In this document: piece by piece, positions 25,078 through 37,935 of the stretch
Position numbering within the stretch: position 1 is the stretch's first letter
Layout: each line of letters opens with the position of its first letter
Assembly (NCBI RefSeq): GCF_964355755.1
Contig: NC_092678.1
Coordinates: 7,952,422-8,016,421 of the forward strand
Reading direction: 5' to 3'
Origin: Antedon mediterranea
Taxonomy: Eukaryota; Animalia; Echinodermata
DNA length: 64,000 bases
Notes under the pieces: generated by a model
Told to the model about the DNA's origin: nothing
The model's database searches: none
Seen by the model: the letters and a program-made list of their open reading frames with translations, nothing else
Position numbers and translations under genes: made by a program

Positions 25078-28000
25078 TAGTGTAGGCCACTATGTAATTT
25101 CGTGTCATTGTTTTGTTAAAAGCAAAATTCCAGCTGATTTAGTGTCTTTAGGATGTAAAGTAATGAAAAAAATATGTTGCCATTTTTTAAAAAAAGCTTA
25201 AGGGTGTCAAATCCAAGATGGCCGCCAATACGTAAAATATCCAATAAATGTACCATATTGGACAAAGTAACACCCATTATGAATAATATTCAAAATGGCC
25301 GCCATTTTTTAAAAATGGATTAAATTTCTTATTAAAACATGTGCAAGTTATGACGTGGATTGAAATCACATAAAATGATAGGCCTATGACAACAACATTG
25401 GTGATTAACACAAAATGGTGGCCATTTTGAATTTTAAAATGGCCGCCATTTTTTAAAAATGGGTTAAATTTCTTATTAAAACTTGTATAAGTTAAATAAA
25501 ATTAGATTGAAATACACAAAATGATATGCTTATGACAACAACATGGTGATTAACACAAAATGTTGACCATCAGGAGGTCTACAGTACTGACAGTACACTT
25601 CTTCATATTAAAACATCTTATAAACTTCTTCAGTTAAATGACAACTAACTCTGCCAAAGTCCTTCAATGAAATATTTCTAATCTTGAATGTGATACAGTA
25701 AGTTGACCTTCCTTCGTTCTCTACTACTGTATCCATCAAACTTCCACAGACTGATCTGCGTTCCCAACAACCTTGTTCAGAAACAAATTGGCAAAATAAC
25801 TGAAATACCTCATTTCACCGGCAAATAATCTCTATAGGAGTCCTCTTTTACTTTGATAAGTTTGTGACCTGTATTCACCGTCATATATATTTTTTGCCAA
25901 TATTCGTCTTTTTCTTAGGATACCATATAGACAGTTTGCCTTCTACAAGCTTTTACCAATGCCTCAAACATTTTCTGTCCAATTTCATTATGCCATGGCC
26001 AACAAACACCTTTGTGCGAATTGCAGCATTCTTCATTAATCGGGATATCATCTCTCTTTAAATGTTAACTAGATTTGCCAGCTCTGATGAAATCATTAAT
26101 TTGTGTTATTTCAATTATACCACGCTCAATGACCCTGATCAATTGATGTAAATCCAGCAAGTCCCACACATACATGTCCTCTCACATACATATAGGGATA
26201 TAGTTTAACCACATCATTTAGATTTCGTCGACTCTCTGTATTCAAGTTAATATCTTTATGATCAGCCTCTTTCAACCAAAATGATACTTAACTTAGAATC
26301 TCTTTCTCTGTCTGCATTTGTAGAAGCAAGTTGTAGAGAGAAAGCAGAATTAGTGTGCTTCTGTCCTTTAGAGATGTTTTCCATTTAAGATATTTGTGGC
26401 ATAGGTAATACAAGTTCAGTTTCAACCAAAGCACTTGCCTCAACACTATTTTCACAATGATACATGTCCAAAAGCCATATAGTTCACCGGGTCGACATAA
26501 TAATTGCTTTTTGATGTCATCTCTGTCCACCTCCACTCATCTCGGGCAAGAGTCATCACCAGGCATTCTTGTCTTTCCCTAGTACATGAGTTTTTATACC
26601 ACAACCATGTGCACTCATCAAACGAGTGTATAATGCTGGTCTGTCTTTAGGGGGTAGGCCTACATATCTAATGAAATTGGTTGAGATTGTAGAAGATGAG
26701 AAGTAGGAGTTCATTCATTTACAAGGTTATTTATAGGCAGAGCTGTATCTGTATTTCTTTCAAGCTTCTACCAAAAGTTGACAGGTTGAAAACTTACCAA
26801 CCATACTGGTGACTATGGCCCTGAAGGTTCAGACATTGAATTACATAGCAATAACGCATTTATTATTTAACATATTTATACAGGATTTCACAATAAGGTA
26901 TAAATGCACTTGTTTTATATTGTGGTCCTGTCTCCTGTCAAGTTTCAGTTTCATGAAAAGAAATGAGATCTGTAATTATATATTATATATAAATTATGGT
27001 TAATTCTGACATAGGCGAGCACAATGGAAAAACTTTGGAACAAATTTCTGCCTTGGATACCTACCTGAACTATCTTAGGTGTACCGCAAAATGTAAAAGA
27101 GTTTTCACTATTACGATATTGTTCCATATTTCTATCTTAGAAATATATTATAAAGAGTTTTAAAACAAAATTTCTGATTCATTGGTAGATTTTCAACTCA
27201 ATTTCAATTGTACGCGGTCAAAGTAATTTCCGGATTCACGATGAGTTCACAGGTTCACCTTGCAACAACTACCTGGTTTCAGTTAAGTTGGTCGTTAGTG
27301 GCTATAGTAATTTTAGTTTTTTTTTTATTTTCGGATCGGACCGCGCGTGTGAAGGTACAGTAGTTAAAAAATAAAATGCCGATACCCGAGTTTTATTGAG
27401 TAAGCTGGCAGGAATAACTGTAGGCTATCTGTGTCCCATTAGGGCCCATATTGCAAGCCGTCTAAAACATCTTCCTTCTTGGGCCGAAACGGCCTATACT
27501 GTCGCGGAAGTTAGTTTCAAAAGATGTTTAAATTAAATAATGTATTATGATGGTATTTATTTGAATAAACGCCTCCCCAATAAAATATCACTTTGAATAA
27601 TAATCGCCTACACCCGCCCCCCCTCCTACTCAACTATCTAATAAACGCCCATCCACATTTATACACACAATATTGTATATACTATTTATAATAGAATTCA
27701 TTACACTGTTAACTATAATTTACCAAGCATTTATTATAATTTTTTACCACTTTTCATATCTATTAGAAGATTTTATTTGATTATAAATGTTACGATATTA
27801 TTAAAACTAAAAAATCCCTCGAATAAGCATCTCCCTCAAATGAACTCTACCTCCCCACCTCCGCCCTATAAAACAATAAACACTATACTTTAAAATGTTA
27901 TTAATCATCTAAGACACTGTGGAACAGAGTAGGTTTAGTTTTTCGAATGTCAAGCATTTTCAATAATGGTAACCGACAGAAAACGTATAAGGAGAACGTC

Positions 28001-28673
28001 CTTCTAAATCCTTTTTACCCGAGTCATTTTCATTCCGAGAACCTTCGTTTACACTTCCTAGAGAGGAGTGAGCGAACTAGAGGTCTAACCCTCTAGTTAG
28101 ACGTAATTGTTGTTGAATATTTGATATAAATTGTTAAGTTGTTCCATACTTTTGCAACTCCAACTTTGAACGATTATTTAATTTAATAGTCATAGTGGGG
28201 TATTATCTGTTATATAGAGGACATTGACAACTTTAGACAGCCTTATATTTACAATTTACAATCCTGTGAGAAGTGACAATTTTAGAACATTGTGTACAAA
28301 CAACAATTTATGCACACATATTTAACAAAAATTATTTAAAGAATTTAATTTTTAGTGGCGGCCATTTTGAAATCCAAGATGGCCGACAGATTATCGCTTT
28401 ACATAGTTAGGATTGTATAATGGGTACAGTAATACCATCAAAACGGACTTGTTCCACATTCATAATTTGTATTATAGGTGATATTCTGATTTTTAATAGG
28501 GTTATTTGAATGTTGGCGGCCATCTTGAATTTGGTCATTTAAATGTCTTTTGAAAAAATGGCAACATATTTTTTTTCATTCCTTATATTATCAAGATATG
28601 AAATAAAGTCAAAGTTTGCTTTTAACAAAAAATATACACGACATTCATATAAACGACATACCAGCCTACACTA
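25078..28673. mobile_element. 3.6-kb TIR DNA transposon with TAG...CTA ends (Academ-like, decayed)
   Basis: Ends tagtgtaggc/gcctacacta, imperfect ~165-bp TIRs and repeated aagatggccgcc motifs. The TSD is TTA (empty site gggttacatc in copy A). A GC-richer, decayed coding-like interior lies at ~25570-26830. Confidence 0.75.
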
Positions 28674-29759
28674 TTACATCAGGTGGTTAAAATCAATACC
28701 GAAAGTACGAACCAACTTTATATACCATCGAGTACAAATTCTAAAAGTAAGGCGCGATTTACCGAATTTTGCCCTTACGTAAATTTATATATAGAAACCA
28801 ACCACAATACCCAAACCAGTGGTAATAATTAAACTACAGTAAATACATTGATGATGATGTGATGTTTTCTATTCTATCTGATTCCATTAATATGAATTTT
28901 TCACCGTGACGTTATCAAAACTAATAAATCTCGTACATCATGCATGCCGAAAAAATGAAACACTATAATTTTTCAAAACCCGAAGATGAGTAAGAGGTCC
29001 GTATGAAGAGTGGGCATATGTGTGTCTACTTACCGGCTTGGGTGGCTGAGACTGGATTCCCTCCTTTAAGAATGTCAAAGGTAAATAAAACAGGTTTACA
29101 TGTAAGTGGAACTCATGCAGAATTTGACAAAAAATAACTAACATATGTTTATACGTAGTGGTAACAGATGTAAGGTATACTAAATTACAAGAAGAACATA
29201 AAGAAAAATAATAATATTGAAACATGCAGTTGTAAAGAGTTTATAGTACTGTACATTATAAAAATATAATTTGTTAGTGCTAAGTTTAATGTCATGATTT
29301 ACTTTGTGTTTCTATTTTTGTGCCTGTGTGAGAATTTGAATTTAAATAAAAATAAATAAACTAAATGGTGGAAGTTGTACATAAAAGTTTCTAGTGTGTT
29401 GCTACAAATTAAGAAATAATATATAATCATTTTTTTGTTTAGCAATCATGTATTTGACTACTGTATAGTTGCATCCAATAATTTTTTCAGCTTCCTGTGG
29501 TGGGGCCTTGTGGGATATACTAAGTTTATCCATAGTGTTTTTATAAAATTACGGCGATACGGGTTATCCAAAAATGATAACATTAGTATTTGTAATTAGC
29601 CAAATATGGTAATAATGTTGATAATTAAATCCCACTCAGAATTTCACTGAACAAAATACTTTTACAGAATTTCTGATTTTTTGTAATGTAAAAATTATAA
29701 TATTATTATCAACACGTTGATTTCAAATGCAACATACTTATTGACACAAAATGGTAAAA

Positions 29760-30080
29760 GTTCGTAAAAGTCAGTTACTTATTCGCCGTAGAGGGCGTAG
29801 ATACAAAAAGTTCGCGGAACTGGGGTGGCAAATGGTAAAGTAGGTCAAGGGTTATCGATTCATACCAAAACATTGTGAAAAAAATTAAGTAGGTCAAGTG
29901 TTATAACGTTCGTAAAGCCAGTTACGTATTCGCCGTTGAGAGCGTAGATGCAAAAAAGTTCGCGGAACTGGGGTGGCAAATGGTAAAGTAGGTCAAGGGT
30001 GATCGATACATACCAAAATATTTTGAAAAAATTAAGTATGTCAAGTGTTACAAGCCAGTTACTTATTCGTCGTAGAGAAA
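29760..30080. repeat. ~148-bp tandem repeat, ~2.2 copies
   Basis: gttcgtaaa..cagttac.tattcgccg..gag.gcgtaga...aaagttcgcggaactgggg is repeated at 29760 and 29908, and partially at 30055. Confidence 0.85.
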
Positions 30081-30658
30081 TCTGTTTTTTTAAATATTTG
30101 TGAATGTCCCTTTAATAGAATTTGAATAAGAAACTAGGAACTATAGTAACCAACTTCACAGACATGCAATGATGACGTACGCGTCGTGACGTTTGCTCCC
30201 AAACCCTTCCAATCATACATTGTGCAACGATGACGTTCCTCGCGAAATCAAGCTATTTTCAATAAACCTTATGAAAAAACTATCAACTTAGCATTTATGC
30301 TTAAATAACTATCAAGAAAGAACGAAGTGTAGTCAACTATCAATACATCATAGCGATCTTATCTTACACATACTTTTACATAAATGCATCGGATGATCTA
30401 ATTCCTCACGTAAACTTGATTAAATACGATCAATGAAGACATGAACATGTTGGCCCTGTTTACGCGCGCACAACAAGGAGGCGCGCGTGCACAACTGCTG
30501 CACGTTATGCCAAGTCATATCAACATCTTATTTTACGAATAGCTCGGACATTAATTTAAACTATTAACTATATCAATCAAATCAGTAGTATAACCAGAAC
30601 ATTACTACTTACAATTATAAACATAACAAATACTATACACAGATTAAATTTTTATATA

Positions 30659-31226
30659 ATACCCCTTTCACACCAAAAGCAAAACTCCGGAGACACCCCG
30701 GAGTTGACGTCCCGCTGTTTGGTGTGAAAGGTAAAATCAAGCAACTCCGGAGTTTAAAACTGCGGGGTTGAACAGCTGAACATTCTCCGGAGAGCGAACT
30801 CCGGGGACACCCCGGAGTTTTGGTGTGAAAGGTACCAACATCAAACTCCGGAGTGTTTCGGGTCAAAAGGTCATCCTCACACGATCACTCATTGCTTTAG
30901 TTTTATTTCAAAATACTTTAAATATTTGTAAAAAATATATAGCGGGTCTAGAAAATAATAAGTAGTATCAATAAAATGTTATATTACTTCTGAGACTTTT
31001 GAAAGTAATTATTAAATTAAACATATTATTAATTAAAATGATTCTAATGATCGTCGCTATGTAAACAAACAAAATAGAGGGCGACATTTACAATTTTATT
31101 TTATAAACCCTGGAGTTGCTAGGTTGGTGTGAAAGGGGTATCTCCGGAGTTTCTCGACGTTTTGAATGGTCATAAACCCCGGGGTGTCTCCGGAGACACT
31201 CCGGAGTTTTGGTGTGAAAGGGGTAT
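30659..31226. mobile_element. MITE (probably PIF/Harbinger-type)
   Basis: TIR atacccctttcacaccaaaa / ttttggtgtgaaaggggtat in TA-rich flanks. Many internal ctccggag and ggtgtgaaagg subrepeats. Confidence 0.85.
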
Positions 31227-31396
31227 TATATATAGATTTCTTCACTTCGAAATCTGTAAACATCCTCGCAATAACAACTGTGTTACCGCTTAACCTCTCT
31301 CCTTTGCCAGAAATTCTCCCAATAATTAACAAAATGTATTTAGCGTAACGCTCGTTACATAGGCCTTATAACTACATTGCAAAGAACTTATGCTAC

Positions 31397-31889
31397 ATTG
31401 TTATAATATATCTTTCTAAAATTTGAAGTGTGGGCCAATGTTCATTCCTGTTTTTTTTTTCATTCGTAGTGTGTACAAAATCGGCTTATCGACTATGCCA
31501 CTTGTATTTTAACAATGGGAATGCGAATTATTCGTTTAGGTGACTACCTTATGCTACGTTTTTATTCTAAGTATACTCTAGCATTATTACCAATCAGAGA
31601 AGTGTCGATAGGATAGGGTTAAGTACAAGAAAAGCCCGGATGTGGTCGTGGATTACTTCAGTCTGAGTTCACTTCCATTTGTAATAACATTTATATTATA
31701 TGATGATTTATGTAGGCTATATAACTATTATTGTTATATCTTTCTAAAAATTGAAGTGTAGGCTCTATGTGTATTCGTTTTTCTTGCGTGCAAACGTACA
31801 TTAGCTATGCCACCTGTATTGTAACAATGGGAATGCGAATCATTACTATAACCTTATGCTATGTTTTTATATTCTATGCGTACTCTAGC
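31397..31889. repeat. Diverged local direct duplication (~160-190 bp)
   Basis: 31397-31582 resembles 31730-31889 (atatctttctaaaa.ttgaagtgt.ggc...aacaatgggaatgcgaat...accttatgcta...tactctagc). Confidence 0.7.
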
Positions 31890-32210
31890 TGTGGAGGTAA
31901 GTTAAACAACTTTTGAACCAGAAATTTCGATACCTTACCTTCAAAGAGGTAAAAAATAAATAAATAAATAGTTTTTAACCTCCATGCTCTAGCCTTGTCC
32001 GTCCCAACACAATCCCATGTTATACATGAGGTTTGAACGTAGTATTCTTCTTCTACTACTCCGCCGAATAATTACCAGCTTATACTGCAGACTCTTAATT
32101 ATAATTACGGCTACCCTTTGACGCCTCTCATTGTTTACTCTGGATTTTCTAATTTTTAATCAACAAGTATGTTCATTTTAATTTTAATTTGCAGTGTTTA
32201 CATCGGTTTA

Positions 32211-32318
32211 CATGAGGGATACTGTACCTACAATTCCCATTGTATCATGAGGGATACTGTACCTACAATTCCCATTGTATCATGAGGGATACTGTACCTA
32301 CAATTCCCATTGTATCAT
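32211..32318. repeat. 35-bp tandem repeat x3
   Basis: catgagggatactgtacctacaattcccattgtat starts at 32211, 32246 and 32281. Confidence 0.95.
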
Positions 32319-32858
32319 CGTATTCGAGATTGTCAACATTGTTACACCACCCGAGTCTGCTAATTTCTAAGTTTATTGATCAGTATAGTAACGTAATTGT
32401 TATAAAACGTCACACGCCTTAACAGTTTGTCCCCATATACTGTAGCTTATGTTGATTTCAATTTTTGTCTATCCAATCCAAGTACACTTTTTTAAATAAA
32501 AGTCCTACAGTTAAATAAGTGTTAATGTATAGCCCATGATGGAGTAATTTATAGTTCTTCATAAGCTTCCTAATTACATGAATACAGTCAAGATAAAAGC
32601 GTCAAATTGTATATCTTATTTGTTTTGTGTAGGCCCTATTTTTATTGTATTTCAGTAATAAACGGCTATTGTTTCTATTGGAAATTAAAAATGAAAAACG
32701 GTTTTCTTGGAAACCGGTTTCGGCAGTTGTTTTCGTAGAGTCTTCCTTGGCTTTTGCGCGTGCGGTCTTCTCTCTGCTGCATGGTCTTAGCTTCAATAGA
32801 GGGCGACATAAAAAACAACATTATGCAAATTTGTTTTCAGGTATTTAGATTTTTTTCA

Positions 32859-32957
32859 TTGGTTATCCGCACTTACTTGGCGGACAACCCATTGTTATTG
32901 TCAAGATCTTTTTGGTTATCCGCTCTTGGCGGATAACCCCTTGATATTGTCAGGATA
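32859..32957 (+). mobile_element. Two tandem orphan 5' ends of the HINE family seen at 61266
   Basis: ttggttatccgc...ggcgga(c/t)aaccc.ttg.tattgtca.gat occurs twice and matches 61266-61312. Confidence 0.7.
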
Positions 32958-34284
32958 AAATGTTTACTTTACAGTTTTATGGTTTGTGGATCAAAATCGA
33001 AAGACTAAAAACGAAATGTGTGATTTGTAAGTAAATGTACGGTACGGTGTAATTTAATTTGCATGATTTTTAGTGGTGTTTTGTGCACAATACCATTTCG
33101 TAAGGTCTTCCTTGGCTTTGTGTTTGCGGTCTTCTCTCTGCATGGTCTTAGCTTTAGAAACACCCATCAATATAGGGCGACATTTAAAAAAAATATATAG
33201 GCCTACAAATTAATTTTTGGTATTTAGGCCTAGATTTTTTTTGTTTATGGTTGTTTTCATGGTTTTTTTTCGGTAATTAGACGAACCCCAAAACAGTTCA
33301 ATAAGTATGATTTGTGGGCCGGAGATTCAAATTCAATACATAAGTTCGGCAGTACTGCTGTACTTTTGCACCTAACTTGAAATCGCTGCTGCAAATAAAG
33401 ATTACAACCGCGCAATGCCGAGGAGAGGGTGAATGTTTTGGGTTGAGATTGAGGTGCGAATAGTAGCGGCCATGATTATTGTGTTGCAAAAGGAAGACAA
33501 ATGTCATATTACGTGAGTTGACTACCATATGCGGTTTTGGTATCATATATGTTCTTCCATACCGCATAGTCAAAATGAGCAAAATAAATATTTCATCAGC
33601 GGCACACTAATGATGAATTTGGTGTATGGACTGAACGTCATCGCTATGCTCCATTACTTGGACAGGACTGCTAATTAGTAAAAATGTTATGTAAGTATTT
33701 CTCTATCGCCTCCTGATTGTTACCTATGTCTGGCTGGTTAAGGCAGCTAGGCCAGATTTTTATTATTTTTTTTTATTAGATAAAAGATCTATCAAATGAA
33801 ACCCATTCATTCACCTAGGAATATTAAATATTTTGCATTATTCTGTAAAACCAGGAGTTCGTTAGTTAGGGATAGCAGGTAAGCGAAATAAATATAGTTT
33901 CAGTTTATCTTCCTGTAAGAGCAGATCCACGCTGTACAGTATAAAGTAAGGTATAAAATAACAAAATGATATTAAATACAGGCCTTGTCTTTTGAAAATT
34001 ATAGGTGTTCTACAAATTGCACTCCTCAATACATTCAGGGGTGCTGTAGGTGTGCTGTTTGTATTTTGGTGTGTAGAAGTTTACCAAATTTAAGTGTGTT
34101 GTAAATCACACTCCTCAAGGGCATTTTATAGGCGTGTGTTAAGTGAGTGATCGCACTCGCTCGCCTTAAAAGACAAGGCAGCTGCAATGTCTAATGCTGT
34201 CATGCATTGTTAACTTTTACAAACATTCTGATATCCTATATAAACTAGTTTTCCCAGTTAAAAAAGTAGTACAGTAGCAGGAAA

Positions 34285-36280
34285 ATGGAAGATGGCAACT
34301 TCCGTATACGAGATGCAAGACCGGAGGATTGCGCTGCGATAATGAAGATGATTCTGGAATTGGCAGTGTTTGAAAATTCTGAAGATCAAGTTGAATACAC
34401 TACTGAAGGTATACTTTACATTACATTAAAAATACAAAATACAAGGAGTAGTGTAGTATAGGTATCATGCCACTGAACTTAAATCTTGCTCTTTTTAACC
34501 ATAATCTCAAACTTTTTTTCAAATTATTTGATGCCTTGAATGAATCACCGATCCTTGGCCACAACAGCGTAAAAATCAACTTTTTGGGGAGTACAGTAGT
34601 ATGTTAATGAATTAGAAACATTTCATCCCAAGACCATTTTGGTTCTTGGCGTTTTGACCAAGGGGGTTGGAGATTGGAGTCATATTTGGGAAATTTTAAG
34701 CCAGTAAAAACCCCAAACTTAGAATGTATGCTTACAGATTAAACATTATTACATTACACAATTTAAGCTGGAAAATTTTCAAATATTATTTTTTTCAAGA
34801 AGGAATTTAACATAAAAATCAATGTTCTACTGAGATTTACTTGTTCAATTTACTTGCACAGTGATTTGACCGCTGGAACTAACCCATGGACGATAATTTA
34901 ACCACTGGATGAACCTACCATTATATGACTACTGGGTCCTACGCACGGACTGGTTAACCAACTTATAGTATGACCCTGCTGTAATGTACACATTAGGAAG
35001 ATCCAATTTAATATCAGCGGCGCAGATCCGTTTTTAATAGTAGGGGGACGTATAAAAATGAAATACTTTGTGAGCAAAGGCTGGGGACCGCCAAGGGCCC
35101 GCGGAAGCCTGGCTCTTTGAGCAAGTTATAGATTGTTTTAATCGATTTCTGAGCACATAAAAATTCCGCCAAGAAGAATACAATTATTTTAGGTACGCAC
35201 TTTTTAGGCACTGGTCCTGATGCGCCACTGGTTATATTCAGGCAAAATCTATTCTTTATATATATTGTATTTTCTTAAATTACATACGATACGTCATGCG
35301 TGTCATGGAAGTCTTACTGTCTTTTCATTTCAACAATTAATCTGCGTCGGTGTTTAATACTATAAAGGTTTGTGCAAAAAAGTTTACATAATTAAAACTC
35401 GCACTTGCACTGCACTTGTCATCTGAAATGTAGCTTTCCTGTGAGATGTTTATTGAACTTGTTAAAATTCTTGTTTTTTTTAGGTCTACAGAAGGATATA
35501 TTTGAGCCAGGAAGCATTGTGTCTTGCATAGTAGCGGAATATAAAAGACCAGAAGTAGAGACATTTGAAGTAATTGGTTACAGTGTTTTCTTCTATACAT
35601 ACAGTACTTGGAAGTGAAAGGTGGTTTATATGGAAGACCTGTATATCATGAAAGAGTTCAGAGGTAAATGACCTACTAACTGACCTATGACCTACTACTA
35701 ACTGACCTTTAAGGTATCTGAATGCATCCAAAGATTTTGATTGGTTGCAATCGCTTAAAATTAAACTGATGTATTTCTAAATATGTTATTATTATATTTC
35801 TCTGCTGTAAACTGAACATTCTTAAAAGTTGAAATCAAACCAAAACCACAAAAATGGTTTTAATATTTAAAAAATGCTTTTTGGTAATATCAACCAAATT
35901 TCAATAAAAAGTCAATTAGCATGTCACAAAAAAAGAAAATATCAATGTTATTCTTTACTTAAATTTTATAGGAAGAGGTTACGGACGAATTATGATGAGA
36001 AGGGTTGCTGAGGTAATTATGTCAAAAAATATCTGAAAAACGTGAATAAATGAATATATTAAATAATATAAATAATTTCTTACTCATAACAACGTTCTAA
36101 TTTTTTCAGATTGGTTTATAGAAAGGTTGCCAGAGAATGCATTGGGCAGTGCTGGGTTGGAATAAACCAGCAATTAATATGTATAAAACAATCAACTCAA
36201 TAGATTTAACAGCAACTGAGGACTGGCATATGTATACAATGTTTAAGCCTCAATTGTTAACATTTGTGACTAATTCTTAA
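34285..36280 (+). pseudogene. SAT2: SAT2-like thialysine N-epsilon/diamine acetyltransferase (GNAT) with two premature stops
   Basis: Exons 34285-34408, 35484-35663, 35972-36012 and 36110-36280 have GT-AG introns and consistent phases (516 nt, 171 codons + stop): MEDGNFRIRDARPEDCAAIMKMILELAVFE...YTYSTWK*KVVYMEDLYIMKEFRGRGYG...VAEIGL*KGCQRMHWAVLGWN...DLTATEDWH. Stops are TGA 35615-17 and TAG 36119-21. Confidence 0.85.
35015..35230. mobile_element. hAT-like MITE in SAT2 intron 1
   Basis: Ends cagcggcgca / tgcgccactg delimit a GC-richer island. The TSD is not cleanly preserved. Confidence 0.5.
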
Positions 36281-36335
36281 TTTTTCTATTTAAACACAAT
36301 TTTCAGTTTAGAAATGTTAGTATAATAATGTAATA

Positions 36336-36718
36336 TTGTAATGCCTTTTCAACATATTTTGCTGGCTGCTTTCCATGCGGCTACGTATGATTCGTTTACG
36401 TGAGACATGTGGCTACGCGCATATCACGTTTATTGTAATGCCTTTTCAACATGTTCTGCTGGCTGCTTTCCATGCATGATTCGTTTACGTGAGACATGTG
36501 GCTACGCGCATATCACGTTTATTGTAATGCCTTTTCAACATGTTCTGCTGGCTGCTTTCCATGCATGATTCGTTTACGTGAGACATGTGGCTACGCGCAT
36601 ATCACGTTTATTGTAATGCCTTTTCAACATGTTCTGCTGGCTGCTTTCCATGCATGATTCGTTTACGTGAGACATGTGGCTACGCGCATATCACGTTTAT
36701 TGTAATGCCTTTTCAACA
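36336..36718. repeat. 89-bp tandem repeat, ~4.3 copies
   Basis: attgtaatgccttttcaacat...ggctacgcgcatatcacgttt starts at 36336, 36432, 36521, 36610 and 36699. Confidence 0.95.
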
Positions 36719-37935
36719 TTTAATTTGCCGTATCAGACTGGAGAATGTGTGAAAGACCATTCATTAATCCGGTCAAACTACGGTTTGACCTAGACAAAAT
36801 TAGAACAGAATTTATTTTTGTTGTACTGTACTTCCTAAGACCCATCTGAACAACATATGAAAAATGGAGAAAAAAGGAAGATGAAGAAAAATTGCTAATT
36901 TGCATATAACTAAAATGGCCGTTTTCTCTCAATTTTACACAAATATCAGTATTAAAGCATCCGATTTTGGCAAACATATATTTTGCAAGAAAATCACTGG
37001 AGATATTTAAAAAATAAATTGTTCAACTTTTAAAAATCCAAGATGGTTTAAAATATACTTCAAATATGGCTGCCATTTTTCTTATTCTGTATAAAACACC
37101 AAATCAAGTCTTTCAAAATTGTCTGTCATAGGTCGTAGTCACGTATAGATTTTGCTTTTAGAAGCAGTCCTCATGAAACATTCATTTCCAGTATTAATAT
37201 TGTAAATTTTTTAAAGTAAAAGTTGGTCCTATTGTCACCAATGGGAGTTTACGAATTAGCTGTCGCATTTATAAATTCCAAAACAAAAATGAAATACTTA
37301 GATTCAACAAATATTATTTAATTTTACTTTTTTGATAAAATCAGATTTCTTTTCATGTTTCAAACAATGTTAGACAAATTTAACTATGTTTAATGGAGTA
37401 CTTAACTCAAAACATAGCTTAAACTAAAACTTGACTAGATTGACTTATCATGTATTTAAGATACTGAAAGTTTTTCAGACAAAAAATATTTATAAAAACC
37501 AAATTACCATAGATGTAAATAGATAAAACTAGTTACCAATTAACAATAATTTACAACTATTAATGAATAAATTAGTTTGAATCTATGAAACATCCACATA
37601 TCAATAACGAAATTACTAATTAGAAATAGAGGAATTTCTTTAAAATCGTGACAAAACTTAAAATAACTTGAATGAATTATATACTGAAATCTTGAAAATT
37701 TAATTTATCAAACTACATTGATGAATTCATTAAATATTCTACAATCTTGACAAAATTAAAATTAATTTTTTTAGCACAAACAAAAATATGAATTGTACAA
37801 GAAAATGCTTTTAAATGATATTAGTAAAAAGTTTACAGGTCTACAGTGATAAAAAATGTGATTAAAACAAGATCAAAGCAGAGAGTTGTTAATTGCAACT
37901 CCCTGATCAAAGATTGAATGCAATAAATAGCCAAA

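Larger units (their letters stand above)
22900..28795 (-). mobile_element. Helitron family 1 copy (near-identical to 4558-5903) split by two nested insertions
   Basis: Segments 22900-23818, 24769-25077 and 28674-28795 join colinearly into the 4558-5903 sequence. Confidence 0.92.

Noticed and set aside
33979-34183. Possible MITE (caggccttgtctttt / aaaagacaaggcag), plus similar relics at 7160-7250 and 40110-40272
   Set aside because: Termini are too degraded and TSDs are unclear, so I did not list them as features.
35615-35617. Selenocysteine or stop-codon reassignment in SAT2
   Set aside because: The position aligns to Gly rather than Cys, the second stop is TAG, the adjacent GPCR uses TGA as a normal stop, and I recognised no SECIS.
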